Part shown: in pieces, positions 10,800-29,762 of the stretch
Layout of the letters: each line of letters begins with the position of its first letter
How positions within the stretch are numbered: the first letter of the stretch is position 1
Assembly (NCBI GenBank): GCA_963745025.1
Contig: CAVUWD010000014.1
Span: forward strand, 96,001-160,000
From: an uncultured delta proteobacterium
GTDB taxonomy: Bacteria; Desulfobacterota; Binatia; JACPRU01
Length of the DNA stretch: 64,000 nucleotides
Direction: 5' to 3'
The notes under the pieces: generated by a model
Told to the model about the DNA's origin: nothing
Seen by the model: the letters and a program-made list of their open reading frames with translations, nothing else
Databases searched by the model: none
Program-made: the position numbers and the translations under genes

Positions 10800-10903
10800 G
10801 AAGTCGATCTCGGGGCGAATCTGCCGGGCTCGGGGTCCGGAAGCTCGCCTCGCCGCAAGACCTCGGCGGCGGGACCGACCCGCTCGTACCAGACGGCCTT
10901 CAT
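10800..10903 (-). pseudogene. N-terminal remnant of an NADPH:quinone reductase (MDR family)
   Basis: MKAVWYERVGPAAEVLRRGELPDPEPG, after which similarity ends; GAGG RBS upstream. Confidence 0.7.
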
Positions 10904-10951
10904 GACATCACATCGCCTCCGACCCGAGGGTGATCGCGGACGTCAGCCGCG

Positions 10952-11620
10952 CTAGACGAGGATCTTCGCCCCTTGCCTCGCGAGCTCCTCTTCCTTGTTC
11001 TCGAGCTTGATCATCTCGGGGATCCCCCTGCCCTTTACGACCGCCGGGCGCTCCCCGACACGCTGGATCCATCGTTCGAGATTCGGCAGATCGTCGATGT
11101 CGACGCCCGCCCAGCCGTGCAGCGTCGCCCAGGGCCAGGTCGCGATGTCGGCGATCGAATAGTCGCCGGCGAGATACTCGTGATCGGCGAGCCGACGGTC
11201 GAGGACCTTGTAGAGGCGCTTGGTTTCCTTCTGGTAGCGCTCGATTGCGTAGGGAATCTTCTCCGGGGCGTAGCGGTAGAAGACGTTCGCCTGGCCTTGC
11301 ATGGGCCCGATTCCGCCCATCTGGAACATCAGCCACTGGATCACCGTGGAGCGGCCCTTCGTATCTCTGGGCATCAGCTGGCCGGTCTTCTCCGCGAGAT
11401 AGATGAGGATGGCACCGGACTCGAAGACCGCAAAGCCACCTTCGTCGTGATCGACGATCGTGGGAATCCGGCCGTTCGGATTCAACTTGAGGTACCACTC
11501 CTGCTTCTGCTCGAGCTGTCCCAGGCGGATCGGCTTGACCGTATAGGGAAGGCCGATCTCCTCAAGCATGATGGAGGCCTTCCAGCCGTTCGGTGTCGGC
11601 GACGTGTAGAGGTCGATCAT
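10952..11620 (-). CDS. Glutathione S-transferase, Nu class (YfcG/YghU-like)
   Basis: [36 protein letters not shown]. Confidence 0.93.
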   Translation of the reverse strand: MIDLYTSPTPNGWKASIMLEEIGLPYTVKPIRLGQLEQKQEWYLKLNPNGRIPTIVDHDEGGFAVFESGAILIYLAEKTGQLMPRDTKGRSTVIQWLMFQMGGIGPMQGQANVFYRYAPEKIPYAIERYQKETKRLYKVLDRRLADHEYLAGDYSIADIATWPWATLHGWAGVDIDDLPNLERWIQRVGERPAVVKGRGIPEMIKLENKEEELARQGAKILV

Positions 11621-11763
11621 GGACCCTCCTCGATGGCGAACCTTCGCAATCTATGCCCGCCCGCTACCAGACGGAAGCCTCGCAAGCGAGTGGCGACCTA
11701 GCGACGGCTGAGAGCCTCTGTTATCTTCGAGGCATGCTTCGGTGAACGGAAGGAGCCGGATCG

Positions 11764-12087
11764 ATGAGCGCTGTTCAAGAAGTCACCGACACCAACTTCG
11801 AAAACGAGGTCATCAACTCCGATCTGCCGGTGTTGATCGATTTCTGGGCCCCATGGTGCGCGCCATGTCGGGCAATCGGCCCGGTCGTCGACGAACTGTC
11901 GCGCGACTACTCGGGCAAGCTCAAGGTCGTCAAGATGAACGTGGACGACAACCCGCTCACTCCGTCCCGCTTCGGCGTGCGCTCGATTCCCAATCTGCTC
12001 ATCTTCAAGAACGGCCAAGTGAAGGACCAGATCGTCGGCGCCGTTCCGAAGCAGGTGTTCGAGCAAGCGATTCGTAAGGTCGTATAG
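11764..12087 (+). CDS. trxA: Thioredoxin
   Basis: [15 protein letters not shown]; 107 aa. Confidence 0.95.
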   Translation: MSAVQEVTDTNFENEVINSDLPVLIDFWAPWCAPCRAIGPVVDELSRDYSGKLKVVKMNVDDNPLTPSRFGVRSIPNLLIFKNGQVKDQIVGAVPKQVFEQAIRKVV

Positions 12088-12198
12088 CCTACCTTCAGCG
12101 CGCTGCACGCCCGAAGGCGCCGTTCCGTCGAGGCAGGACCGTGGCGGCACAGGCCGCGCTCCGCACCCAACCGCGCGATGAGGGCGCATCTCTGCGGC

Positions 12199-13314
12199 TC
12201 AGAACGTGAACCGCCGCATCGAGACGTTGAGAAGCAGCCCGACGCCGAGCAGGAGCGTGATCATCGACGACCCGCCGTAGCTGAAGAACGGGAGCGTGAT
12301 GCCGACCACCGGCAGGAGCCCCGTCGTCATCGCCACGTTGACGAAGGCCTGCCAGAAGATCATCGCGACGACCCCGAAGGCGACGAGCGCGCCGAAACGA
12401 TCCTTCGCACGCGCAACCACCTGAAGGCCGCGCAGGAGAAGCGCCGCGTAGAGGAACACGAGCGTCGCGCAACCGACGAATCCCCATTCTTCGGCGAATA
12501 CCGAGAAGATGAAGTCGGTGTGCTGCTCCGGCAGGAACTGCAGCTGGTTCTGCGTACCGTGGAGAAAACCCTTGCCCCAGAACATGCCCGAGCCGACGGC
12601 GATCTTCGACTGGATCAGGTGGTAGCCGGAGCCCAGCGGGTCGGACTCGGGGTTCAGGAAGGTGAGGATCCGCTTCTGCTGGTACGGCTTCAGATGCGAC
12701 CACAGGCTGTGACCGGCGACGAAGATGCCGATCAGACCGACGAGCACCAATGTCACGAACACGCGCCCGCGTAGCCCGGCGATCAGCAGTACGCTCACGA
12801 AAACGAAGCCCATCACCGCCGCCGAGCCGAGATCCGGCTGCGCCAGCGTGAGGACAGCCGGAACGGCGCAGAGCGCCGCGGGAACGAGGATCTCCTTCAC
12901 GCCGTAGCTCTCGCGCGCGCTGTCGCGATGGAAGAAGCGAGCGAGCACGATGATCAGCGCGAGCTTGGCGAGCTCGGAAGGCTGCAGCGCGAAGAACCCG
13001 AGACGGATCCATCGACGCGATCCGCCGCTCAGATAGCCGGCGAGCGGAACCAGCACGAGGAGCTGGAGCACCGCAATATAAATCACGTACGCGTAGCGCT
13101 CGAGCTTGCGATAGTCGACGAGCAGCAGCGCGAACATCGCCACGGCGCCGCCGCAGGCCCAGAGCGCCTGGCGCCAGACGAGCGCGTGCATCTGGTTCTG
13201 CGCTTGCGCGTAAGTCGCGCTGTAGACGGTCGTCACGCCCATCGAGATGATGGCCGTAACCAGCACCAACAGCAGTGGATCAATGTGTTGCGCGAGCCTC
13301 TTGTCGATCATCAC
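12199..13314 (-). CDS. rodA: Rod shape-determining protein RodA
   Basis: QPSELAK, QPDLGS, GYHLIQSKIAVGSG, PEQHTDFIF, LPFFSYGGSS; lies downstream of mrdA. Confidence 0.95.
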   Translation of the reverse strand: MMIDKRLAQHIDPLLLVLVTAIISMGVTTVYSATYAQAQNQMHALVWRQALWACGGAVAMFALLLVDYRKLERYAYVIYIAVLQLLVLVPLAGYLSGGSRRWIRLGFFALQPSELAKLALIIVLARFFHRDSARESYGVKEILVPAALCAVPAVLTLAQPDLGSAAVMGFVFVSVLLIAGLRGRVFVTLVLVGLIGIFVAGHSLWSHLKPYQQKRILTFLNPESDPLGSGYHLIQSKIAVGSGMFWGKGFLHGTQNQLQFLPEQHTDFIFSVFAEEWGFVGCATLVFLYAALLLRGLQVVARAKDRFGALVAFGVVAMIFWQAFVNVAMTTGLLPVVGITLPFFSYGGSSMITLLLGVGLLLNVSMRRFTF

Positions 13315-15163
13315 GAACCGGCGAACCCTTGTGAGAGAAGTAATAGGTGAGCACTTTTTGCACGACCGGTGCGGCCATCGCCCCGCCGCCCCCGCCGGCG
13401 TGCTCGATCAGGCACGCCACCGCGACCTCGGGCGCGCCGACCGGCGCAAACGATACGAACCAGGCATGGTCGCGCTGCTCGCGAGGGAGCAGAAGCTGAT
13501 TCACCTTTCGATCGGTCTTCAGCCGCACCGCCTGCGACGTTCCCGTCTTGCCGGCGACCTCGATGCCTTCGACCCGCGCCTTCTTGCCGGTGCCGTGATC
13601 GCTCTCGACGACGTCCCGCAGCGCCGCTTGGACCTGCGCGAGCGTGCTCGAGCGTACGCCCAGCTTGACAGGCTTCTCCGCTTCGGTGGAACCCGCCTCA
13701 CCCCCTTCCGGCACGTCGAGCCGCTCGACGTAATGCGGACGATGCCGAACTCCGCCGTCGGCGACGGTGGCGATCAGGTTCGCCATCTGTAGCGGCGTCG
13801 CCGTCACGTACCCTTGGCCGACGGCGACCGAGAGCGTCTCTCCCGAATACCAAGGCTCACCATAGCGTTGACGCTTCCATTGCGTGTCGGGGATCGTGCC
13901 CGGGCGCTCGTGATCGAGGTCGACGCCGGTCGGTTTCCCGAGGCCGTAGCGATGCGCGTACTCCGCGATCGTGTCGACGCCGAGGCGCTGGCCGACCTGG
14001 TAGAAGTACACGTCGCACGACTGCACGATCGCCTCGTGCAGATTCACCCAGCCGTGCCCGCCCTTCTTCCAGCAATGGAACTCGTGATTTCCGAAGTGCA
14101 GGCTGCCGGTGCAGAAGATCCGTTGGAACGGATTGATGATGTTCTCTTCGAGCGCGGCGGTCGCGACCACGATCTTGAAGGTCGAGCCCGGGGGATATTG
14201 CCCCTGGATCGCCTTGTTGGAGAGCGGATGCAGCGGATCCTCGGTCAGCGACCGCCACTCGTCTTCGGTGATGCCCCGCGCGAAGAGGTTCGGGTCGAAG
14301 GCTGGCTTGGAGACCATCGCCAGAATCGCTCCGTCGCTCGGCCGCAGCACGACGACCGATCCCTCTCGGTCGCCCATCGCCTCCTCCGCCGCCTGCTGGA
14401 GCCCGATGTCGAGCGTGAGATGGATGTTCGCTCCGGGGGTCTCGGGAACCTCGTCGAGCACGCGGAGCTTGCGGCCGAACGCGTCCACCTCGATCTGCTG
14501 CCCGCCGTTCTCGCCGCGCAGACGGTCTTCCCAGTATTTCTCGAGCCCGTACTTCCCGATCGTGTCGCCCATCTGGTAGCCGGAGAGCCGCTGCAGTTCG
14601 TCGACGCTGACCTCGCCGACGTAGCCGAGCAGAGGGGCGGCTAACGGACCGTAGAGATAGTTGCGGCGCGGACCGATCTGCATCGACACGCCGGGAAGCT
14701 CGATCTGCCGCGTCTCGACCGCGACCAGCGTGTCCCAATCGACGTCGCGCCTCAGCACGACGTTCTCGAACGGCGGTCGGTGACTCGCCGAGGCCGAGGC
14801 CAGTGCCTGCCGAGCATCGCTCATGTCTTGGTGGAGAAACCCCGCGAGCCGGCTCAAGATGTCCTGGGGCCGCCGCGCATCTTCGGGCACCATCACCACG
14901 TCGAAGGAGGGGCGGTTCTCGACCAGCAACTGCCCGCTGCGGTCGTAGATCAAGCCGCGCGTGGCGTTGACGCGCTTCAAACGCACGCGGTTGTTCTCGG
15001 AGAGGGTGCGATGGTACTCGCCCTCGACGACCTGAAGCTGCCACAGGCGCAGGATCAAGAACGTGAAGGCGACGACGCCGAGCCCGAGGGAGATTCCGAG
15101 CCGGCGCTGAAAGCCGTTGGGGGCCTCGCGGGGATTCGGCAGCGGGACCGACGGATTGTCCAC
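13280..15163 (-). CDS. mrdA: Penicillin-binding protein 2
   Basis: STFK, SCD and KTG motifs; position within the mre operon. Confidence 0.95.
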   Translation of the reverse strand: MDNPSVPLPNPREAPNGFQRRLGISLGLGVVAFTFLILRLWQLQVVEGEYHRTLSENNRVRLKRVNATRGLIYDRSGQLLVENRPSFDVVMVPEDARRPQDILSRLAGFLHQDMSDARQALASASASHRPPFENVVLRRDVDWDTLVAVETRQIELPGVSMQIGPRRNYLYGPLAAPLLGYVGEVSVDELQRLSGYQMGDTIGKYGLEKYWEDRLRGENGGQQIEVDAFGRKLRVLDEVPETPGANIHLTLDIGLQQAAEEAMGDREGSVVVLRPSDGAILAMVSKPAFDPNLFARGITEDEWRSLTEDPLHPLSNKAIQGQYPPGSTFKIVVATAALEENIINPFQRIFCTGSLHFGNHEFHCWKKGGHGWVNLHEAIVQSCDVYFYQVGQRLGVDTIAEYAHRYGLGKPTGVDLDHERPGTIPDTQWKRQRYGEPWYSGETLSVAVGQGYVTATPLQMANLIATVADGGVRHRPHYVERLDVPEGGEAGSTEAEKPVKLGVRSSTLAQVQAALRDVVESDHGTGKKARVEGIEVAGKTGTSQAVRLKTDRKVNQLLLPREQRDHAWFVSFAPVGAPEVAVACLIEHAGGGGGAMAAPVVQKVLTYYFSHKGSPVRDDRQEARATH

Positions 15164-15226
15164 GGTGGTGATTCTACCGAGCGGCGGGGCGAGTGAAAGG
15201 GCCGCGCGCGAGCGCGCAGATCCCCG

Positions 15227-15729
15227 TCAATCGAGCCCCCACACGCGTCTCCCGCCATCCAAGACCGAGAAGACGAACGGCGAGAACGCCGCGGCGAGGG
15301 CGGCCTCGATCCAAACCGTCGAGACCAGGTGGCGCCAGGGATAATCGGCGGACAGGCAGAACACCAGCAGCAGCGCGATGGACAGCGCCTTCAACAGCGA
15401 AGCGGCGAAGACGACGGCGACGTTGGCGACGACGTTGTCCATCCAGAGTTGCCGCGCGAGCAGATAGACGAGAAGGAAGATGAGGCTCATCGCAAAGGCG
15501 TGCAGACCGATCGCGTCTCCGGCGAAGCTATCGACGAAATAGCCGAGCAGGAATGCGCCGAGCGCGCCCGCGACACTTTGCTCGCGGAGCGCCAGATAGA
15601 CGCAGAGGATGACGACGAGGTCCGGCATGACCGGTCCCAGGGGGAGCAGATGGAAGATCGTGGTCTCGAGCAGCACGCCGCAAACGGCCGCGATCATCAC
15701 CAGGGTGAGGAGCCCCATCGCCGGTCCTC

Positions 15730-15733
<4 letters not shown>
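15227..15733 (-). CDS. mreD: Rod shape-determining protein MreD
   Basis: Hydrophobic, with PDLVVIL and G.F..G...D; lies between mreC and mrdA. Confidence 0.9.
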
Positions 15734-17939
<2,206 letters not shown>

Positions 17940-18087
17940 TCAAAATTCGTCACCGAGGGCAAGAAAAAACTGTTTCCAAAATTCAGGGGTGACCAAATCG
18001 GGTTGAAGTGGTCCAAGTCGCCGGTTTCGATCACCCACAGTAGCCACAGTACTCAATGAGCAGCAGGGAAGTCAAAAAAGCTGCCCG

Positions 18088-20574
18088 CTATCGGCCAAAC
18101 AGCCCCTCGAGGCCCTTCTTGAGCAGCTCCCGCTCCGGATGCTTCAAATCAGGAGTCGGTTTGACTCCGGGTGGCAGCGCTTTCTCCTTGCCGAAGAGCT
18201 TGTCGAGCCCCTTGCCAACCGCCGCGCGGCCGAGCGCGCGCACGATGAACTCGGTGTCGGGCTTCGGCTTGACGTGGGGCAGCGCGCCGGTGAGACGAAA
18301 CGGAATCGCGATCCTTCCCTGCGCGTCCGCAATGTACTTCGCTTCACGCACGTCGGCGATGACGTCGTCGGAGAGCTCCTTCGATGCGACGAGCGTCGCG
18401 TTGAAATCGAGCTCGTTGTCGAGCGAGTAGGTGCCCTTGCCCAGCATCGCGTAGTCGCGCGCGGCGAGCGTGAGATCGTCGCTTCGTGCCACGCCGTCGG
18501 CGATCTGCACGCTGCCGCCGAGCTTCTCGAACTTCGTGTCCCCCATCTCGAACAGCTCGGGATGCCTGGCCCGCACCCGCGGCGAAATCAAATTCGACAG
18601 GCCGCCGATTCCCGTCACGCTGGCGAGCACCTGATCGGCGATGTTCACGTCCTTGATCATGCCGTCCTTGACCTCGATGCGTCCGTTGCCGCGCATCTGT
18701 CGCTTGATCGTCTCCCACTGCTTGCCCGCGCCGGCGAGCGCGAGAGCGGCGTCGAGACGCCCCTCGATGCGCTTCTCGGAGCCCGGCGACTGGCTCGCCA
18801 GCACGCTCTTCAGATCCATGCCGCGAATCGTCGAGCGGAAGTCGAACTTGGGATTTTCCTTCTCGCGCATGTCGTAGCGGCCGCCGCCGCTGTAGCTGCC
18901 GTCGAAGGCACGGAGGTCGAGCTTGGTGAGCGTCGCCACTTGATCGCGAAGATTCACGTCGGCGGCGAGATCGCGGTAATCGAAGTCACGGAGGCTTCCG
19001 TCGCTCGAGCGCAGCGTCCCCTGGAACTCCGGCGGGGACTTCTCCGGCGCGCGGAATTGCCCCTGAATGTCGACGCCGTGCAGCACTTCGGCCTTCTTCA
19101 CCGTCGGGCTCGCGAAGTTGAGCGAGGCCGCCGAGAGCTGCGGCGACTTCAGCGCGAAGGTTGCCGCCATCGGGCGAAAGCTCGCGACCTCCCCCTGCAC
19201 GGATACGGGCGAGCCGGAAAGCTTGAACGTCGTCGGCGGCACGCTCGCCGACGCTCCCTTGAGCTCGATCGCGCCGGTGAGGTCCTCGATCTCGTAGGGG
19301 GAGCCGCTCTGCTTGGCGGAGACGCCGTCGAGCGCGACCCTGCCGAAGAGCTGCGGGGGCTCGTTGCTGCCGCTCTTGCCTTTGGCGCGAACGTGCACCT
19401 CGGCGTTGCCCGAAATCTGATGACCCCTGAACGCGGGGAGCAGCTTGTCCCAGCCCGCGAGCGGCGTCCTCGGGCTGTCGATCTGAAAGTCGAGCGCGCC
19501 GCCGGGGCTCGTGTCGACGCTCCCTTTCCCCGTGAGGTTCAGCTCCGCAAGGCGCAGCGACAGGCTCTTCACGTCGATCGTGTTGCCCGCCCGCTCGGCG
19601 CTCACGGCGAGCTTCATCGTCACGCTCTTCGGCTTCTGAAAGGTCGCGCCGTAGCGGATCGCCGCGGCGGTGCCGTCGAAGTTGGCGTCGACCTTCAGGC
19701 GGTCGCCGAGCGTGCCGGACACCCTGGCATCGAGCGATACCGGATCCGGCGACGACAGATCCGGCGGCAATGCCTTCGCGAGGGCCTCGAGCTTCTTCAT
19801 ATTGTCGACGACCAGCGGACCGACCTGAATCGACAGATCGAGCGCGGCGTTCTTCACATTCGGCGGCGAGCCGACCGGACCGAGCGAGCCGTCGAGCTTG
19901 ACGTTCTGCTGGTCCGCGCCGAAGAGAGCGGTCGCAAGCTTCAGGTGGATCGGTCGGTCGAGGCTGACGTCGGAGGCCGAGAAATCGAGATCGCGCGCGC
20001 GAAAATCCCCCGGCGGGCTCGTCGTGCGGTCCAGAAAGCGGAACTGCCCTTTCTCGATGTCGACGAGCGACACGAGGAACGCCGCCTTCTCACCGCGGCT
20101 TTCCTCCTGGCTCGGCGGTTTCGCGGCGGGCGGCGCCTTCGGCGCGGCTTCGCGAGCGGGAGGCCTTTCCCCCTCCGCTTGCGGCTTCTTGCCGATCGAA
20201 TCGTAGTTGAACCCGTCCTTGGTGCGTACGATCGTCACTTCGGGCTGAAGCAGCACGACGCGCTTGACCTCGTAGCGGCCGAAGAGCGCGGGCCAGAGAC
20301 GGATCGACACCTGGACGTCGCCTGCCTTCACGAAATCGCCCTTCGCGAAGGCAGGATCGTCGGCGATCCTCAGGTCCTGGATGCGTGCACCGAACCCGCC
20401 GAAGAGCTGCACGCCGATCTCGGAAAAGCTCACCTTGCGGCCGAGAGCATTCTCGACCTGGCCGGCGAGCCAGTCCTTGTTGCGGTTCAGGTACGAGTTC
20501 AGGTTGGCGAGCGCGAGCGCCACCGCGCCGACGATCACTGCGAGAATCACTCCGAAAATGATCCACTTGCGCAT
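18088..20574 (-). CDS. AsmA family protein
   Basis: N-terminal anchor, LGRKV.F..I...LF, beta-rich 828 aa, C-terminal IPFRLTG...PKPD. Confidence 0.85.
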   Translation of the reverse strand: MRKWIIFGVILAVIVGAVALALANLNSYLNRNKDWLAGQVENALGRKVSFSEIGVQLFGGFGARIQDLRIADDPAFAKGDFVKAGDVQVSIRLWPALFGRYEVKRVVLLQPEVTIVRTKDGFNYDSIGKKPQAEGERPPAREAAPKAPPAAKPPSQEESRGEKAAFLVSLVDIEKGQFRFLDRTTSPPGDFRARDLDFSASDVSLDRPIHLKLATALFGADQQNVKLDGSLGPVGSPPNVKNAALDLSIQVGPLVVDNMKKLEALAKALPPDLSSPDPVSLDARVSGTLGDRLKVDANFDGTAAAIRYGATFQKPKSVTMKLAVSAERAGNTIDVKSLSLRLAELNLTGKGSVDTSPGGALDFQIDSPRTPLAGWDKLLPAFRGHQISGNAEVHVRAKGKSGSNEPPQLFGRVALDGVSAKQSGSPYEIEDLTGAIELKGASASVPPTTFKLSGSPVSVQGEVASFRPMAATFALKSPQLSAASLNFASPTVKKAEVLHGVDIQGQFRAPEKSPPEFQGTLRSSDGSLRDFDYRDLAADVNLRDQVATLTKLDLRAFDGSYSGGGRYDMREKENPKFDFRSTIRGMDLKSVLASQSPGSEKRIEGRLDAALALAGAGKQWETIKRQMRGNGRIEVKDGMIKDVNIADQVLASVTGIGGLSNLISPRVRARHPELFEMGDTKFEKLGGSVQIADGVARSDDLTLAARDYAMLGKGTYSLDNELDFNATLVASKELSDDVIADVREAKYIADAQGRIAIPFRLTGALPHVKPKPDTEFIVRALGRAAVGKGLDKLFGKEKALPPGVKPTPDLKHPERELLKKGLEGLFGR

Positions 20575-20628
20575 TCGTCAAGCTCCTCCGTTCGGTGTGA
20601 ACACCCGCCCGTCGTCGATCTCTCGGGC

Positions 20629-20913
20629 CTACTTCTTGCGAAACAACGCGTCGAGCTTGGTTCGGGCGTCGCTCGCCAGACTACCGGTTGTGCGCGGCGC
20701 GGACGAGAGGCGGAAATACTCGCAAAAGTTTCCCTGCTCCTTGTCCGCCACCACCTCGGCGTTCGGCTCGCGGCAATCGTTGTGCGCGCCCGGCTCGTAG
20801 AATTCGCAGTTCCGGCAACAGTGGAGGTATGCGCCGCAACTCTCGCAGACGTCGCGCACGCCGACCGCGCTCTCGGCGACTTCGGCGCCGCAGCGCTGAC
20901 AGGCTCCCCTCAT
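20629..20913 (-). CDS. Small Cys-rich hypothetical protein
   Basis: CQRC...CESC..LHCCRNCEFY...C...NFCEYF; start overlaps the upstream stop (ATGA). Confidence 0.75.
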   Translation of the reverse strand: MRGACQRCGAEVAESAVGVRDVCESCGAYLHCCRNCEFYEPGAHNDCREPNAEVVADKEQGNFCEYFRLSSAPRTTGSLASDARTKLDALFRKK

Positions 20914-21689
20914 GCCACCCCGTTCCTCGCCAAGTGACGCTCGAGCCAGGCGGCACAGTCCTCGAGCAGGGTCTCGAGATCGGACGGCTTCGAGAAGCGG
21001 TGATCCGCCCCGGGGTAGATCTTCAGGAGATGCTCGCCGCCGAGCGCGGCGGCGATTTCCTCGGCATCGGAGCACGGCACGACGCGATCCGCGTCGCCGT
21101 GAGCGAGAAACGTCGGGCAAGCGATCCTCCGGCACGCGCCGATCACGTCGAGCGTTTCGACGTCGTCGAGAAACGATCGCTTCAAGCGCACGCCGCCGAG
21201 CGACAAGATTCCTTCCGTCCGCCAGCGCTCGAGCTCGGCCGGACGAAGCTCGGCAAGCGCGCGGGCGGGGCGCGCGACCGCGGCGATCGTCGCCAGCGCG
21301 CGCACGCGCGGCTCCGCCGCCGCGAACAGCAGCGCCACAGCCCCCCCCATGCTCGAGCCGAGGAGACCGATCGGTCCGCCGACTCGCGTGCGAAAGAAAT
21401 CCCAGGCGCCGACGAGGTCGTCGACTTCGCCGCGAAACGTCAGATCCGCGAATTCGCCCTCGGACTCGCCGACGTAGGAGAAGTCGAAGCGCAGGACGGA
21501 CATGCCGGCCCTCGACAGCCGTTCACCGAGGAGCCTTTGCTTCGCTCCGTCCTTCGTCGACTCCATGCCATGGCAGAGAATCACGCCGGCAGGGGAACCG
21601 GCGGCGCCTTCGCCGGCCGCGGTGTGAACGACGCCCACGAGGCGGTTGCCGCGGCGGCTCGCGAAGGCTACGCGTTCTTCAGCCTGCAT
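20910..21689 (-). CDS. Alpha/beta hydrolase
   Basis: CHG, LRFDF..GES.G, GSSMGG nucleophile elbow, HGDAD, GADH. Confidence 0.88.
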   Translation of the reverse strand: MQAEERVAFASRRGNRLVGVVHTAAGEGAAGSPAGVILCHGMESTKDGAKQRLLGERLSRAGMSVLRFDFSYVGESEGEFADLTFRGEVDDLVGAWDFFRTRVGGPIGLLGSSMGGAVALLFAAAEPRVRALATIAAVARPARALAELRPAELERWRTEGILSLGGVRLKRSFLDDVETLDVIGACRRIACPTFLAHGDADRVVPCSDAEEIAAALGGEHLLKIYPGADHRFSKPSDLETLLEDCAAWLERHLARNGVA

Positions 21690-21756
21690 TGCTGCCACGC
21701 AGCGGCACAGCTACCATAGGCTCGCGCACGCGGCTATTCCCGCAAGGGCACGTGTC

Positions 21757-22647
21757 ATGCGCGAGGAGATCGAACTCTACATGCACCACCTGCGCGCCGA
21801 GCGGCACGTCTCTCCGCACACGCTGCGGAGCTACCGAAGCGACCTCGAGGAGCTGCGGACGTTTCTCGCTCCGGACGGCCCGAAGCCCGGCGACGTCAGC
21901 GTCGGGAGGGTCTCGATCGACGATCTGCGAGCCTACGCGGCCGCGAAGCTCCGCTCGTCACGGCGCGCGACCGTGTCTCGGAAGGTGGCGGCGATCCGCG
22001 GCTTCTTTTCGTTTCTCGTCGGCTCCGGCAAGGTCCGCCGTAACCCCGCCGCCGAGCTCGTCGCCCCGAAGATCGAGAAGCGGCTACCGGTCTTCCTGCC
22101 GATCGACGATACCGAGCGCCTGCTGAACGGCATGACGGACGGCGATGCCTGGGCCGAGCGCGACCGGGCGATTCTCGAGACGCTCTATTCTTCGGGGCTT
22201 CGCGTGAGCGAGCTCACCGGGCTCGACTGGCAACACGTGGACTTCGAGAACGAATGCGTGCGCGTCTTCGGCAAAGGGCGCAAAGAGCGCATCGTGCCGA
22301 TCGGCGAGGTCGCCCTCGACGCGCTCCGATCCTTCCGCAAACGGCTGCGCGACGACGGCATCGAGACGGCCGCCGTGTTCGTCAACCGCCGCGGCGGGCG
22401 CCTGACGACGCGAAGCGTGGGCCGCTTCGTCAAGCGCTATGCGCTTCGCTCCGGCACCCCGGTTGCGGCGAGCCCCCATTCGCTGCGGCACAGCTTCGCC
22501 ACCCATCTCCTGAACCAGGGCGCGGATCTGCGCTCGATCCAGGAGCTGCTCGGCCACTCGAGCCTCTCGACCACGCAGCGCTACACGCACGTGAACCTCG
22601 ATCATCTCATGCAGGCCTACGATGGTGCGCATCCCCGAGCGAAGTGA
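21757..22647 (+). CDS. xerC: Tyrosine recombinase XerC
   Basis: [33 protein letters not shown]; lies upstream of hslVU. Confidence 0.92.
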   Translation: MREEIELYMHHLRAERHVSPHTLRSYRSDLEELRTFLAPDGPKPGDVSVGRVSIDDLRAYAAAKLRSSRRATVSRKVAAIRGFFSFLVGSGKVRRNPAAELVAPKIEKRLPVFLPIDDTERLLNGMTDGDAWAERDRAILETLYSSGLRVSELTGLDWQHVDFENECVRVFGKGRKERIVPIGEVALDALRSFRKRLRDDGIETAAVFVNRRGGRLTTRSVGRFVKRYALRSGTPVAASPHSLRHSFATHLLNQGADLRSIQELLGHSSLSTTQRYTHVNLDHLMQAYDGAHPRAK

Positions 22648-22681
22648 GGGCGGGCGCGGGGACTCCCCCTCGCCCGCCCTC
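22646..22681. repeat. GC-rich hairpin between xerC and hslV
   Basis: GAGGGCGGGCGCGGGG-ACTC-CCCCTCGCCCGCCCTC, 15 of 16 pairs. Confidence 0.7.
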
Positions 22682-22705
22682 TCCACCACGGCAGAGGCGA
22701 CCCGC

Positions 22706-23236
22706 GTGCGGGCAACCACGATCCTTGCCGTGCGCCACAAGGGAAAAGTGGTGATCGCCGGCGACGGCCAGGTGAGCCTCGGCCAGACGGTGATCAAGCG
22801 CCGCGCGCGCAAGGTGCGCCGGCTCTTCGAGGGCAAGGTCCTCGCCGGCTTCGCCGGCGGAACCGCGGACGCGCTGACGCTCTTCGAGAAGTTCGAGGCC
22901 AAGCTCGAGCAGTATCACGGCAACCTGAAGCGCGCGGCCGTCGAGCTCGCCAAGGATTGGCGAACCGACCGGGTGCTGCGGCGGCTCGAGGCGCTGCTGA
23001 TCGTCGCCGATCGCGACGCTTCGCTGCTCGTCTCCGGCAACGGCGACGTGATCGAGCCCGACGACGGGATCCTCGCCATCGGCTCGGGCGGAAACTTCGC
23101 GCTCGCGGCGGCGCGCGCGCTCGCGCTGCACTCGAGCCTCGATGCGCGCGCCATCGCCGAGGAAGCGATGAAGCACGCGGCGGCGCTCTGCGTCTACACG
23201 AACGAGGCGATCGTCATCGAAGAGCTCGCGGAGTAG
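22706..23236 (+). CDS. hslV: ATP-dependent protease subunit HslV
   Basis: TTILAV, GDGQV, GFAG, WRTDR.LRRLEA, GSGG. Confidence 0.95.
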   Translation: MRATTILAVRHKGKVVIAGDGQVSLGQTVIKRRARKVRRLFEGKVLAGFAGGTADALTLFEKFEAKLEQYHGNLKRAAVELAKDWRTDRVLRRLEALLIVADRDASLLVSGNGDVIEPDDGILAIGSGGNFALAAARALALHSSLDARAIAEEAMKHAAALCVYTNEAIVIEELAE

Positions 23237-23246
23237 GATTCCCTCC

Positions 23247-29335
<6,089 letters not shown>

Positions 29336-29384
29336 CGCCTCCCTTTCGTCGCTCTCATGGTCCATATGGTCCATACTGAGCAAC

Positions 29385-29726
29385 GTGGGTACGCGCAGCT
29401 TTCGCCCGACCAGACGCCGGCGCGTGCCGAGCGCCGACGACATCGACCGCGTGATCCGCGAAGCGAAAGCAGCGGCGCGAGCCCGCGGGCTCGACTACCG
29501 CGCCCGCTCGCTCGCGCTCCACGGCTGGATCTGCGCGCGCTGTGCGCGCGAGTTCGACGAGGCGAATCTCCATCTGCTGACCGTGCACCACAAGGACGGG
29601 AACCACGAGAACAACCCTCCCGACGGCCGCAACTGGGAGAACCTCTGCGCCGACTGCCACGAGGCCGAGCACACGCGCGGGCTGCTCGGTGACTACCTCA
29701 CCGGCAAGGCGCCGCGAAAATCTTGA
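29385..29726 (+). CDS. yajD: YajD-family HNH nuclease
   Basis: YRARSL...WICARCAREF...LTVHHKDGNH.NNPPDG.NWENLC..CH..EH. Confidence 0.85.
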   Translation: MGTRSFRPTRRRRVPSADDIDRVIREAKAAARARGLDYRARSLALHGWICARCAREFDEANLHLLTVHHKDGNHENNPPDGRNWENLCADCHEAEHTRGLLGDYLTGKAPRKS

Positions 29727-29762
29727 CAGCACGCGGTTGGCGTGGCACGTGCCACGGTCACC

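Noticed and set aside
21757-22647. Tyrosine recombinase as the integrase of a mobile element
   Set aside because: It has canonical XerC size and sits in the conserved xerC-hslV-hslU context, with no att sites or cargo.
22622-22705. Long N-terminal extension of HslV
   Set aside because: It overlaps xerC and the intergenic hairpin. The GTG at 22706 with an AGAGG RBS gives a normal short propeptide.
29385-29726. HNH protein as a defence or homing nuclease system
   Set aside because: It matches the small stand-alone YajD pattern. The adjacent methyltransferase lacks DNA-MTase motifs (no DPPY/NPPY or PC motif).
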